Source: Bacillota bacterium
GTDB taxonomy: Bacteria > Bacillota > SHA-98 > UBA4971
DNA length: 64,000 bases
NCBI GenBank assembly: GCA_030024085.1
Contig: JASEJE010000012.1
Coordinates: 5,092-69,091 of the forward strand
Direction of reading: 5' to 3'
Shown here: piece after piece, positions 8,895 through 18,313 of the stretch
Layout of the letters: each line of letters opens with the position of its first letter
Position numbering within the stretch: the stretch's first letter is position 1
Made by a program: the position numbers and the translations under genes
The notes under the pieces: model-generated
What the model saw: the letters and a program-made list of their open reading frames with translations, nothing else
Database searches by the model: none
What the model was told of the DNA's origin: nothing

Positions 8895-10262
8895 TCATCC
8901 GAACACGAGTGCCCGCACGAGCGGGATGAAGATGTCCGTCCAGGTCCTGAGCAGGCCGCCGAGGATCTTTTGCCGTGCGACAACCCCTGCACCGTACGTT
9001 GCCGGGTCGATGGACCTTCTGTCTCCCAGCAGGAAGAACGAATCCTCTGGTACCTCCACGGGCGGAAGATCGATGTTACCAGGGGCTTTCACGTACGGCT
9101 CGTCGAGTTCCTCGCCGTTCACAAGCACCCTCCCGCCTTTCACCTCGACCGTCTCGCCGGGCAAGCCCACCACCCGCGCGACACCGACATCCGCTGTGAC
9201 CTGGGAGCCGTCTCCCCCGAGGCCGAGGTTTATCGCTATGAAGGGGCGCCTGAGATCGCGGCGCGTGTGGTCATCACGGCAGAACACGACCACGTCGCCC
9301 CTCTTGGGCGGAAATGCCCGCACGTTGATCGGGACGTATGTCACCCCCGTGGTGACTTCTGACCCGCCAACGAAGGACGCCTCTTTCTCGCGGATCACCC
9401 GTATGTCGCGCGCCACCCGCTCGTCCATGGGGTCCATGAGCCCGGCCAAGGTGACGCCCCGGGCGCCCACAGTCTTGAGCGCCAGCTGGGGGGCCCAGCC
9501 CACGACGTCTGTCGCCGCTTCAAACACGACCAACACGAGCACAGCCATGAGCACCCCGTGCCCGTACGTCACCCTGAGCACCTGGATACGCAGGACGAGC
9601 GACCATATTGCGGTAATGAGGGCGACAACGACGATCCCGACGAGCCATCCCGGACCCAGACAGCCCTGAGGGCTTCCTGGAGGCGACCCTCTGAAGACCG
9701 TGAACCTGAGGACGATGGCCAGGATGACTCCGATTACTGTCTCAGGAAGGTATGTATATCCCCATAGCCTCGCCAGATCGCTTATCCGACCTCGCCCGCG
9801 GAGCGTGCGGGCGACAAGGTGCAGAACACCGAGGAACAGGAGGAGAATCACAAGACCCACGGGCGCTCCAGTGAGAACATATGCGGGCAACCACTCGATC
9901 CCAGGAAGAAGGACCTCCGCGAAGTAAGTGCCCGTCGCCCACCACCCGAGCCACGCGATCGCGAGGGAAGGCCACATGGGCACGCTCGCCTTCATGTCGC
10001 GAAGAAGGACACCGGGATGTAGGATGAACCTCGCAAGCCAGAGCCGGACACCCCGCATTCTTCGTTCCCCCTCCCTCACCTCAAGGACCACTTCAGAAGC
10101 ACGCGTCGCTTTGCCGGGGCTCGCCGGTGGTCCCGCTCCGGGGGCGGCGCGCTCGCGACAGGTGTCGCACTCGCGGATCGTCTCGGCGGAATCCGGACAC
10201 CGACAAACACGGATCGCACCACCAGACTCTCGTGATCCCATAAACCCGTGTTCAAATCCCAA
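8895..10262 (-). CDS. Yip1-like multi-pass membrane domain fused to a signal-peptidase-I (S26)-like domain with the catalytic Lys replaced
   Basis: The N-terminal half has 5 predicted TM helices with the Yip1-like LHLVARTLRGRGRISDLARLWGYTYLPE. The C-terminal half has S26 boxes: RGDVVVF (box C), VARVVGLPGETVEV (box D, where the canonical form is KRVIGLPGD, so K to A), and FFLLGDRRSIDP (box E). It overlaps the anti-sigma stop by 11 nt. The start is uncertain. Confidence 0.75.
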   Translation of the reverse strand: MGFEHGFMGSRESGGAIRVCRCPDSAETIRECDTCRERAAPGAGPPASPGKATRASEVVLEVREGERRMRGVRLWLARFILHPGVLLRDMKASVPMWPSLAIAWLGWWATGTYFAEVLLPGIEWLPAYVLTGAPVGLVILLLFLGVLHLVARTLRGRGRISDLARLWGYTYLPETVIGVILAIVLRFTVFRGSPPGSPQGCLGPGWLVGIVVVALITAIWSLVLRIQVLRVTYGHGVLMAVLVLVVFEAATDVVGWAPQLALKTVGARGVTLAGLMDPMDERVARDIRVIREKEASFVGGSEVTTGVTYVPINVRAFPPKRGDVVVFCRDDHTRRDLRRPFIAINLGLGGDGSQVTADVGVARVVGLPGETVEVKGGRVLVNGEELDEPYVKAPGNIDLPPVEVPEDSFFLLGDRRSIDPATYGAGVVARQKILGGLLRTWTDIFIPLVRALVFG

Positions 10263-10725
10263 GCGGGCTCACGCGCGCGAGCGCCAGCGCCGCCAACTTC
10301 GCCATCAGCCTCTCGAGGCCAAAGGCGCCTGCCACGTTCGAGATGGCAAGCCACAGCACCAGCCCTGACGCGAGCAGCGCCTCCGCGGGATGCTCGAGCA
10401 CAGGGCCTGCCACATCGTCCGCCCACGAGTTCAACTGTGCGACCAGGCTCCTCAGCCCCCGCCTTTCCGTCGCCCTCTGCCGCACGATGCGGGCGAGGCA
10501 GGCGGCGTCAGGCCCCGCCGCGGCCTCGTCGCGAAGCGCCCTTACGGCAAGGGTGACAGCCCCCAGTTCCTCAGCCAGCCGCCTGCAGGCCTCACACCCC
10601 TTGAGGTGAGCCTCGACCGCGTCACGTTCCGAGCCCTCGAGCTCACCCTCGGCATACATCAGGACCCTGTAGCGCAGGTCGCGGCATCTGGACGGACGAC
10701 CCCTGTTGCGTTGAAGCTCTCGCAT
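10252..10725 (-). CDS. Anti-sigma factor (zf-HC2 type, single C-terminal TM)
   Basis: C-x-L-x-Y-AEGEL...VEAHLKGCEACRRL matches the H-x3-C-x2-C zinc anti-sigma motif. It sits immediately downstream of the ECF sigma gene. Confidence 0.8.
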   Translation of the reverse strand: MRELQRNRGRPSRCRDLRYRVLMYAEGELEGSERDAVEAHLKGCEACRRLAEELGAVTLAVRALRDEAAAGPDAACLARIVRQRATERRGLRSLVAQLNSWADDVAGPVLEHPAEALLASGLVLWLAISNVAGAFGLERLMAKLAALALARVSPLGI

Positions 10726-10731
10726 ACCGCA

Positions 10732-11355
10732 TCACCCCTCCACGTAGCCGCGGAGTTTCTCACGTAGAGCCCTCTTCGCATAGAACAGCCTCGACATGAC
10801 CGTGCCCTCGGGGCACCCGAGCACCGACGCGATCTCACGGTAAGAGAGGCCTTCGATGTCGCGGAGGACCACTACCGCACGGTAGTAGTCTGGTAGCGAC
10901 AGTACGGCCTCTGTCAGCCTGGCGCGCAGTTCGGCGGTCTCGGCCTCCCGGAGCGGGTTGCCGGAAGGATTATGCGTGCCTGCCACGCTTCCGGCCGCGA
11001 TCGGGCTCTGCCTCGTTTCCGCGCACCCCTCGGCCTCCACCTGGTCCAGTGAAAGGGGTTCGCCGTGCCGGCGACGGCGCCGCAGAAAGTCGGTGCACAG
11101 GTTCATCGTGATGCGGTAAAGCCATGTGGAGAACGACGACTCCTCCCGGAACCTGCCGATGGACCGGTAAACCCTGACGAACGCCTCCTGTGTGATATCG
11201 TCGGCATCGTCAGGATCCCCGCTCATCTGGTACGCGATGCTCCAGACCCGCCGGTGATAGGCCGCGACCATCTCCTCAAAGGCCGCCTCCTCCCCGGCAC
11301 GGCATCGCCGTATGAGGGCATCGTCGGGCGTCGCCATTCCCGCGACCCTCCTCAC
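10732..11355 (-). CDS. ECF-type sigma-70 family RNA polymerase sigma factor
   Basis: Region 2 (DITQEAFVRVYRSIGRF..FSTWLYRITMN) and region 4 (LSYREIASVLGCPEGTVMSRLFYAKRALR). Length is 207 aa. Confidence 0.9.
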   Translation of the reverse strand: MRRVAGMATPDDALIRRCRAGEEAAFEEMVAAYHRRVWSIAYQMSGDPDDADDITQEAFVRVYRSIGRFREESSFSTWLYRITMNLCTDFLRRRRRHGEPLSLDQVEAEGCAETRQSPIAAGSVAGTHNPSGNPLREAETAELRARLTEAVLSLPDYYRAVVVLRDIEGLSYREIASVLGCPEGTVMSRLFYAKRALREKLRGYVEG

Positions 11356-11644
11356 CGCTGCCCCGCATCACACCCCACGTGGTTAGACGCTGTGGAACGC
11401 GGTTTATTCAGGGAAACCAGTCTGCCACAGGGTTCGCCACCGACGCAGAGATCCCTGTCACCAGGAAGCATGAAACGGCCGGGTCGGGGCTCACCATTTC
11501 GGATGAAGCCCCTGCCCGGCCGCCGTTCCCGCGTTTCACCGGTTGGCCGATGCCACCGGCACGGCCCGGAGATTGATGCGACTTGCGCGTGATCCCGCCG
11601 GGGCGCATGCCGCCGGAATCGCCCACGCATCGGAGGCTATGCCG

Positions 11645-14125
11645 CTATACCGTCGATGCCCGCCTTTCGCGCGCCTGGCTCGCGGCGACCCTCTCCTTCG
11701 GCTCGACGCGCTCTACGATCATCCGGCCGTCTTCGACGGAGACCGACACGGTGTCGCCGTCCTTGATGCGGCCCTGAAGCAGTTCCTCAGAGAGCTTGTT
11801 CTCGATCAGGCGCTCGATGGTCCTCCTGAGCGGGCGCGCGCCGAACTCCTTGCTGAAGCCTTCCTTCGCCAGGAGGTCCCTGGCTTCATCGCTCACCTCG
11901 AGGCGGATGTCGTGGTCTTTGAGCCTCGCCTCCACGTCGTTGAGCTGCAGATCGACGATCCGCCTGATCTGCTCCGGGGTCAGGGCGCGGAATACTATGA
12001 TCTCGTCCACCCTGTTCAGGAACTCCGGCCTGAATGTCCGCCGAAGCTCTGACGTGATCTTCTCCTTCATCTGCTCGTAGCTGTACTCCTCGTCCTCGCG
12101 CGCCGTGAACCCGAGCCTCCCCTCGCGGTCGATGAGGTTCGCGCCGACGTTTGACGTCATTATGATGACGGCGTTGCGGAAGTCCACGGTCCGCCCCTTG
12201 CCGTCGGTGAGCCTTCCGTCCTCGAGCACCTGCAAGAGGACGTTGAACACGTCGGGGTGGGCCTTCTCCACCTCATCGAAGAGCACCACCGAGTACGGAC
12301 GCCGCCTCACCCTCTCAGTGAGCTGGCCCGCTTCCTCGTAGCCGACGTAGCCGGGAGGCGCGCCTATGAGCCTTGAGACCGTGTGCTTCTCCATGTACTC
12401 GGACATGTCGAAGGCTATCATCGCGTCCTCGTCGCCGAACAGCGCCTCGGCGAGGGCCCTCGCAAGCTCGGTCTTGCCGACGCCGGTCGGCCCGAGGAAG
12501 ATGAACGACCCGATGGGGCGCCTGGGGTCCTTGAGCCCCGCCCGCGCCCTTCTTATGGCCCTTGCGAGCGCCTGGACGGGATCGTCCTGACCGATGACCC
12601 GCTTGTGGAGGATCTCCTCCAGCTTCAGCAGGCGCTCGGTCTCCTCCTCGGCAAGCTGCGAGACAGGCACGCCCGTCCACGACGAGACGACCTGGGCGAT
12701 GTCCTCCGCCGTGACGGTGGCCTCGTCCATTCCCCGCTTGCTCTGCCACTCGTTCTTCTTTGCGTCGATCTCTTCCTTGATCTTCTGCTCCTTGTCCCTG
12801 AGGTCCGCAGCCTTCTCGAACTCCTCGTTCTTGATGGCGGCCTCCTTTTCCGTCCTGATCCTGTTGAACTCGTCCTCGAGCTTCTTGAGGTCCGGCGGCG
12901 CGATGGTGGTCGCAAGCCGCACCTTCGACGACGCCTCGTCCACGAGGTCGATGGCCTTGTCCGGCAGGAACCTGTCGGTGATGTACCGGTCCGCCAGGCG
13001 CGCAGCGGCCCGGAGTGCCTCATCGGTGATCTTCACCCGGTGATGAGCCTCGTACCTGTCGCGCAGACCCTCAAGGATGGCGATGGTCTCGTCCACGGTG
13101 GGCTCGCCGACCATGATCGGCTGGAACCTCCGCTCGAGGGCGGCGTCCTTCTCGACATACTTCCTGTACTCGTCGATCGTCGTCGCGCCGATGCACTGAA
13201 GCTCGCCCCTGGCAAGCGCGGGCTTCAGGATGTTCGCCGCGTCTATGGCCCCCTCGGCGGCTCCGGCGCCCACTATGGTGTGCATCTCGTCTATGAAGAG
13301 CACCACGTCTCCCGAGGCCCTGATCTCGTCGACGATGCGCTTGAGGCGCTCCTCGAACTCCCCGCGGAACTTCGTGCCCGCCACTATGGACCCCATGTCC
13401 AGGGTGATGACGCGCTTTCCACGCAGTACCTCCGGCACGTCGCCCTTTGCGACATTCTGGGCGAGGCCCTCAACGATTGCGGTCTTGCCGACCCCGGGGT
13501 CACCTATGAGCACGGGGTTGTTCTTGGTCCTGCGGCTCAGGACCTGAATGACCCGCTCGATCTCCTTCGCTCGGCCGATGACCGGGTCCAGCTTGCCCTC
13601 TTCGGCCATGGCGGTGAGATCGCGCCCGAACTGGTCGAGAGTGGGCGTCTTGTGCGCCTTTTTCCCCTTCGCCGCCGCGCCCGGGGCCTCCCCGAGCAGG
13701 CTCACGACCTCCTTGCGCACCTTGTCGAGGTCCGCCCCCAGGCTCGTGAGCACCTGCGCGGCCACGCCCTCACCTTCCCGTATGAGCCCGAGAAGGATGT
13801 GCTCCGTGCCGATGTATCCCTGGCCGAGCTGTCTCGCCTCGGCCATGGCAAGCTCCAGCACCTTCTTGGCGCGCGGCGTGAGCGTCAGCATGCGCACCCG
13901 CTCCGGGTCGCCCTTGCCGACCATGCTCTCCACCGCCTGTCTGACGTTGTCCAGGTTTATGCCGAGGTTCTGAAGGGCCCGGGCGGCGATGCCCTGCCCC
14001 TCACCGACGAGACCGAGCAGGAGGTGCTCGGTGCCGACCACGTCGTGACCGAGCCTCCTGGCCTCTTCCTGCGAGAGCTGCAGCACTCGCTGCGCTCTCT
14101 CGGTAAGTCCTCCAAACATCATCAT
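11645..14125 (-). CDS. clpC: ATP-dependent Clp protease ATP-binding subunit ClpC
   Basis: [15 protein letters not shown] Clp_N repeats, two AAA+ modules (GDPGVGKT and GPTGVGKT), and a UVR-like middle region. Length is 826 aa. Confidence 0.97.
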   Translation of the reverse strand: MMMFGGLTERAQRVLQLSQEEARRLGHDVVGTEHLLLGLVGEGQGIAARALQNLGINLDNVRQAVESMVGKGDPERVRMLTLTPRAKKVLELAMAEARQLGQGYIGTEHILLGLIREGEGVAAQVLTSLGADLDKVRKEVVSLLGEAPGAAAKGKKAHKTPTLDQFGRDLTAMAEEGKLDPVIGRAKEIERVIQVLSRRTKNNPVLIGDPGVGKTAIVEGLAQNVAKGDVPEVLRGKRVITLDMGSIVAGTKFRGEFEERLKRIVDEIRASGDVVLFIDEMHTIVGAGAAEGAIDAANILKPALARGELQCIGATTIDEYRKYVEKDAALERRFQPIMVGEPTVDETIAILEGLRDRYEAHHRVKITDEALRAAARLADRYITDRFLPDKAIDLVDEASSKVRLATTIAPPDLKKLEDEFNRIRTEKEAAIKNEEFEKAADLRDKEQKIKEEIDAKKNEWQSKRGMDEATVTAEDIAQVVSSWTGVPVSQLAEEETERLLKLEEILHKRVIGQDDPVQALARAIRRARAGLKDPRRPIGSFIFLGPTGVGKTELARALAEALFGDEDAMIAFDMSEYMEKHTVSRLIGAPPGYVGYEEAGQLTERVRRRPYSVVLFDEVEKAHPDVFNVLLQVLEDGRLTDGKGRTVDFRNAVIIMTSNVGANLIDREGRLGFTAREDEEYSYEQMKEKITSELRRTFRPEFLNRVDEIIVFRALTPEQIRRIVDLQLNDVEARLKDHDIRLEVSDEARDLLAKEGFSKEFGARPLRRTIERLIENKLSEELLQGRIKDGDTVSVSVEDGRMIVERVEPKERVAASQARERRASTV

Positions 14126-14127
14126 AT

Positions 14128-15195
14128 CTATCTCCCTTCCTTCCTGGCCCTGATCTTCTCCCTTATGAGCGCCGCCCGCCTTACGTCCCTTTCCTGGGGT
14201 CCAAGTTCCTTCCCCATTATCCTTTGCAGGTAAGCAGGCTGGGTGATGACCATGAGTTCGTTAAGGGTCTTCGCGTCAACGCCCGCAAGCAGCCCGGCCT
14301 CGACGCCCAACCTGACATCGGACAGAAGCCCGAGGGCTTCCTGGGACGTTATGAGCCGCGCATGGGACAGCAGGCCGTAAGCCCTGTTCACCTTGTCCTC
14401 GAGCTGGTCTTTCCTCTCGCGCACCAGTCTCCCCCGAACGGTGCGCTCCTGGTCGATAACCTGCCTTGTCACGCCCGCAAGGTTATCTACGAGTTCGCCC
14501 TCGGAGCGGCCGAGAGTCACCTGGTTGGAGAGCTGGAACACGTTTCCGGTGGCCTCGGACCCTTCCCCATACAGCCCCCTGACGGCGACCCCGACGTTTG
14601 AGACGGCACCCAGCACGCGGCCCACCTGGCCTGTGACGGCGAGGGCAGGGAGGTGCACCATGACCGAGGCCCGCAACCCTGTGCCGACGTTGGTCGGACA
14701 GGCGGCGATGTACCCCAGCTTCTCGTCGAATGCATAACTCAGCTTGCTCTCGAACATCTCGTCCACCTGGCTCGCCAGCTTGAGGGCGTCCTCGAGCTGC
14801 AGGCCGGGCAGGAGCGCCTGGATGCGGAGGTGGTCCTCTTCATTCACCATCACGCTGACGCTCTCGTCAGGGCGTATCGCCACCAGGCGATGCTTCGCGC
14901 CCTGTGCGTGCTGGGGGCTGATGAGATGCTTCTCGACGAGGATCTGCCTGTCCAGCGCCGGGGTTTCGGACAGGCGGATCACCACGAGATCTGCAAGGCC
15001 ACTGGTTGATCTCATCGCCCTCTGGACCTCGTCCGCAACCTTCGCGAGGTCTGCCTCGGACGCCCGGTGCGGGAATGGAATGCCGGCGATGTTCCGGGCG
15101 AGCCTCACCCGGGAACTCAACACCACGTCGGCGGACGGGGCGTCGGCCCGCATCCATGCGCTGGACGTCCTGTCTATTATGTCCCCGAGAGACAT
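14128..15195 (-). CDS. mcsB: Protein arginine kinase McsB
   Basis: ATP:guanido phosphotransferase domain ([18 protein letters not shown]) positioned between mcsA and clpC. Confidence 0.95.
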   Translation of the reverse strand: MSLGDIIDRTSSAWMRADAPSADVVLSSRVRLARNIAGIPFPHRASEADLAKVADEVQRAMRSTSGLADLVVIRLSETPALDRQILVEKHLISPQHAQGAKHRLVAIRPDESVSVMVNEEDHLRIQALLPGLQLEDALKLASQVDEMFESKLSYAFDEKLGYIAACPTNVGTGLRASVMVHLPALAVTGQVGRVLGAVSNVGVAVRGLYGEGSEATGNVFQLSNQVTLGRSEGELVDNLAGVTRQVIDQERTVRGRLVRERKDQLEDKVNRAYGLLSHARLITSQEALGLLSDVRLGVEAGLLAGVDAKTLNELMVITQPAYLQRIMGKELGPQERDVRRAALIREKIRARKEGR

Positions 15196-15210
15196 GGCGA
15201 CAACCTCCCC

Positions 15211-15738
15211 TCAACCCTCGCCCGCAAGGTCCTTCTCCAGGACGCGGATCCTGTCGCGAACCTTCGCGGCTTCCTCGTATTGTTCCTTCGCAACCAGCCT
15301 GGCAAGCTCAGCCCGGAGGTTCTCGACCTCCCGCCTCTTGCCGGTCACGGCACCCGCCCTCCCAGGGACCTTTCCGGTATGGCGCGTGCTGCCGTGGATC
15401 CGCCTCAGCAGCGGCTCCAGCCTCGGGCGGAACTCATCATAGCAATCGGGGCACCCAAGGAACCCCGTGTTTCTGAAGTCGGAGAAATCCAGGCCGCAAC
15501 TGTGGCAGCGGCTGGTCACGCCGGCGGGAAGGCCGGTAGGCCCCGTCATGAAGCCGGGATCGTGCTGCAGCAGCCCCGCAAGGAGACTCGGAAACGAGAA
15601 CTTCGGCTCGGCGAAGAAGTCGAGTTCGCCCTTCTCACGCGCGCACTGCTCGCAGAGGTGCGACTCGCTCTTCACCCCGTTGATTATCTTTGTCAGATGG
15701 ACGTTCGCAGGCCTCTTTCCGCACTCGTCGCACATCAT
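15211..15738 (-). CDS. mcsA: McsA (zinc-finger / UVR-domain activator of McsB)
   Basis: Four CxxC pairs (CDECG, CEQCA, CHSCG, CPDCY) and a C-terminal UVR-like EEAAKVRDRI. Confidence 0.92.
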   Translation of the reverse strand: MMCDECGKRPANVHLTKIINGVKSESHLCEQCAREKGELDFFAEPKFSFPSLLAGLLQHDPGFMTGPTGLPAGVTSRCHSCGLDFSDFRNTGFLGCPDCYDEFRPRLEPLLRRIHGSTRHTGKVPGRAGAVTGKRREVENLRAELARLVAKEQYEEAAKVRDRIRVLEKDLAGEG

Positions 15739-15895
15739 CGCTTACACCCCCACATCACACATGATGCCCGGACCGGTCCACGAAATCATCGGGCTGGACC
15801 CCGGGGTCCCATCTCTCCGAAAGATACGGAGAGATCCCGAGAGATGCGCCGGCTCCATCCAGCCGGCCCTGTCTCGCAGACTCGTCTGCCACACC

Positions 15896-16357
15896 CTATT
15901 CCCGCAGCAGCAGCATGACCATGGCCTTCAGAAGGCTCGCCCGCACCGTCCCACGGTAGCTCGGATGGAGCCTTTCCGTCTCGCGCTCGAGGACGGCCCT
16001 CACGAACGCACGGTCACCCTCGTCGAGCAGGCCCTCGTCTTCGAGCCTCAGAAGCAGGGAATCGGCTCGCCTTTCGGTGATCTCGTCGCCGATCTCCGCT
16101 TCGATGAGGGACGCAAGGTTCTGGCTCGGCCGAAAGGACAGCCGGACTATCCTGATGTAGCCGCCGCCGCCCCTGCGGGTCTCCACAACATAGCCCCTGT
16201 CAGGGGTGAACCTCGTGGTGAGCACGTAGTTGATCTGCGAAGGCACGCAACTGAACATCTCCGCAAGCTCGCGCCTTTGCAACTCTATCATGCCCTGCTC
16301 GGCCTGTTCGAGAAGCCGCTTGAGATAGCTTTCGATGTAGTCTGCAAGATTGCCCAC
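15896..16357 (-). CDS. ctsR: Class III stress-gene repressor CtsR
   Basis: VGNLADYIESYLKRLL...CVPSQINYVLTTRFTPDRGYVVETRRGGGGYIRI includes the hallmark Gly-rich loop. I chose the GTG start at 16357 after a GGAAGGG RBS. The ORF-track N-terminal extension to 16663 looks spurious. Confidence 0.92.
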   Translation of the reverse strand: MGNLADYIESYLKRLLEQAEQGMIELQRRELAEMFSCVPSQINYVLTTRFTPDRGYVVETRRGGGGYIRIVRLSFRPSQNLASLIEAEIGDEITERRADSLLLRLEDEGLLDEGDRAFVRAVLERETERLHPSYRGTVRASLLKAMVMLLLRE

Positions 16358-16421
16358 GGATGACCCTTCCCGATATCCCTTAACGTTACCGGATCTACAA
16401 TGTGGTATTGCCGGGAACGCC

Positions 16422-16457
16422 TTTGACCTTTCCTGACCTTTCGAGCATATTATAACA
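16422..16457 (-). promoter_or_regulatory. ctsR promoter -10 (TGTTATAAT, extended -10) followed by a CtsR operator direct repeat
   Basis: The minus strand reads TGTTATAAT (16457-16449) and then AGGTCAGGAAAGGTCAAA (16439-16422). This matches the CtsR box (A/G)GTCAAA-N3-(A/G)GTCAAA with two mismatches in the first heptad. Confidence 0.8.
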
Positions 16458-16830
16458 CTTCCATTCCCGAAGCGTGCATCTCCGAATAGCCGGCGCAAAG
16501 CGCCATATGTGGCCGCGCTTGCAGGCCATTCGCCATGAGATCGCTGTGCCATTGTATCTCGCGTCCGCGCGCGGGCGCGCATGCTCGGACGACCTCTCTG
16601 GCCGGGTGCATCCATCCGCCTTTCTGCACGACCTGGGGACTCACAGGGACCAGGGATACCCACGGCGCCCCGGAAGTCAGGTCGTCAGCTACGCACGAGG
16701 CTCGCGGGCAGGCCAGGCATTGCCCTGGCGCAGCGCCCCCAGGCTCTGCGTGCCCTGTCCGGGGAGATCCAGAGGCCGGGGCTGAGCTACGGGGAATGGC
16801 ATGGGGCAACCCGGGCCCCTGATACTGCCG

Positions 16831-17412
16831 TGTCACATGGGGATGTCCTGGTAGCGACGTCACCTGAGCTGACAGGTGACGGGCGTCACGGGTTCGTCCT
16901 CAAGCGTTCCCTGCGTCCTCATTGAGAGCCGTCCGCTGATGTACATCACCGGTCCGGGGCTTACCCGTTCCCTGCGTCACACATGCAAGGGGAAGGATGA
17001 CGTACATCACTCGTCAGGCTCCTCCCGTTCCGTGTGTCACGCATCGGGAGCCAATTGCTGACGTGCATCATCGTTGTCGCGTCACCTGTTCCCTGTGTCA
17101 CGGGTTCTCCATGAGTCGTTCCACACGTCACTCGTCGAAGCGGGACGGGTGAGGTAGGTCACGGGTTCCTCGCCAACCGTTCCCTGTGTCATCATTGAGA
17201 GCCATCCAGTGATGTACGTCACTGGTACGGGCCCTACCCGTTCCCTGTGTCACACATGCAAGGGAATCGATGACGTACGTCACTTGTCAGGCTGTACGCG
17301 TTCCGTACATCACGGGTTCCCCGGGAACTGTACGGTCAAGGGCCGCCATGGCGAGGAGTCGCCCTACAAAACGAGCCCGCCAGACTTGCCAGACCGGATG
17401 ACATTTCGTATC
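16831..17412. repeat. Phased box array, locus 1: 15 fourteen-bp boxes at ~30.5-bp spacing
   Basis: GTTCC(C/G)T(G/A)(C/T)GTCA(C/T) boxes start at 16906, 16967, 17027, 17088, 17118, 17179, 17240 and 17300. They interleave with nTGAYGTRCRTCAY boxes at 16936, 16997, 17058, 17148, 17209 and 17270, plus GTGACGGGCGTCAC at 16876. The locus is noncoding, between the ogt stop and the ctsR promoter. Confidence 0.9.
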
Positions 17413-17437
17413 CGACAGAGCATCATCAGGCGGGGGC

Positions 17438-18001
17438 TCACTGTGTCCGCGATGCGCAGGACACGCGCCGCTCATGGGCGAGGAGCCATTCCTTGAGCGC
17501 GAGGCCGCCGCCGAACCCCACGAGCGACCCGTCTTTTCCGACCACGCGGTGACATGGGATGATGATGGGCAGCGGGTTTGTCGCAAGCGCCTTTCCTACC
17601 GCCCTTGCCGCGAGGGGCGTGCCTATGGCTGCGGCAACCTCGCCATAAGATGCTGTCGCACCATAGGGAATCCGGCGGGTCTCTTCCAGGACTCGTCGGA
17701 CGAATGCGCTGACAGTAAGGTGAATCCGGCAATCGAAGGCGCTTCGAGTGCCCCTGAAGTATTCATCGAGCTGCGCGTGGAACTCCGCGTTCTCACCCGC
17801 GGCGGGGACGGGGATGGCTCGCGGGAACTTCAGCGCTAGCCACGCTAGGATTCCGTCCTCGCCGGGGAGGGCCACCTTCACAAGGCCTTCCGGTGTCGAG
17901 GCAAGCCACAACCTCCCTACAGGTGAGTCCAGCGTGGAATGGAAAACCCGGTCCACCCACCCACAGCCCTGCGATGCGATAGCCACAGTCAGAACCTCCA
18001 C
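17438..18001 (-). CDS. ogt: Methylated-DNA-protein-cysteine methyltransferase
   Basis: The PCHRVV active site followed by GGLALKEWLLAHE. Length is 187 aa. Confidence 0.93.
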   Translation of the reverse strand: MEVLTVAIASQGCGWVDRVFHSTLDSPVGRLWLASTPEGLVKVALPGEDGILAWLALKFPRAIPVPAAGENAEFHAQLDEYFRGTRSAFDCRIHLTVSAFVRRVLEETRRIPYGATASYGEVAAAIGTPLAARAVGKALATNPLPIIIPCHRVVGKDGSLVGFGGGLALKEWLLAHERRVSCASRTQ

Positions 18002-18313
18002 CGAGGCACTGAGCGTGCGACCGCTCAGCCGCGCGTCCGTGCCTCAACTCTCTTTCATGCGTTCTCGCTCATCTGTCATTCGACTCGAGGGTCTTTCTTC
18101 CTTCTGTCGCCTGCAGGCTTGCGTGGGAGCAACGGGATCGCTGCCTTGCGGCAGTATCATCCCTGCCACAGCAACGCCCGGGCCCACGCCGACCTGCAGC
18201 GGGACCCGGGGACGTAGCTGTGGCAATACGTTATCTCGCCTCCGCTGGGGCGCTGAAGATCCCTGGCGCTCCTGACAAAGCGGGAGGCGCCGCTGGTCTC
18301 GCGCCTGGAAGCC

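Noticed and set aside
12383-14233. 616-aa plus-strand ORF antisense to clpC. Similar long antisense or out-of-frame ORFs occur at 27961-29580, 47734-49662, 51425-53041, 54159-55607, 59825-60901 and 61634-62926.
   Set aside because: They have the Arg/Pro/Gly/His-rich, low-complexity composition typical of wrong-frame translation in high-GC DNA. Each is fully overlapped by a gene with strong family motifs on the other strand or frame.
15896-16663. The full 255-aa version of the ctsR ORF.
   Set aside because: The 100-aa N-terminal extension is Arg/Pro-rich and would run through the ctsR promoter and CtsR operator. CtsR homologs are ~150 aa and begin near VGNLADYIE, where a GTG with an RBS is present.
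16831-17412. CRISPR-array interpretation of the ~61-bp periodic repeats.
   Set aside because: The 'spacers' are themselves repeated (units 1 and 2 resemble units 6 and 7, and both loci share them). The conserved part is only ~14 bp. The period halves to 30 bp. No cas genes or leader are present.
16876-17496. ORF-track peptides inside the box arrays: 16876-17061, 17209-17496 and 57090-57326 (MMY(V/I)TG...RSLCH.CK..DDVRH.SG...).
   Set aside because: The similarity between these peptides simply mirrors the nucleotide repeat. Substitutions between copies show no third-position bias that I can see, no RBS precedes them, and the frames break where the 30-bp unit intervenes. I treat them as noncoding, though a codon-periodicity test on more copies would settle it.
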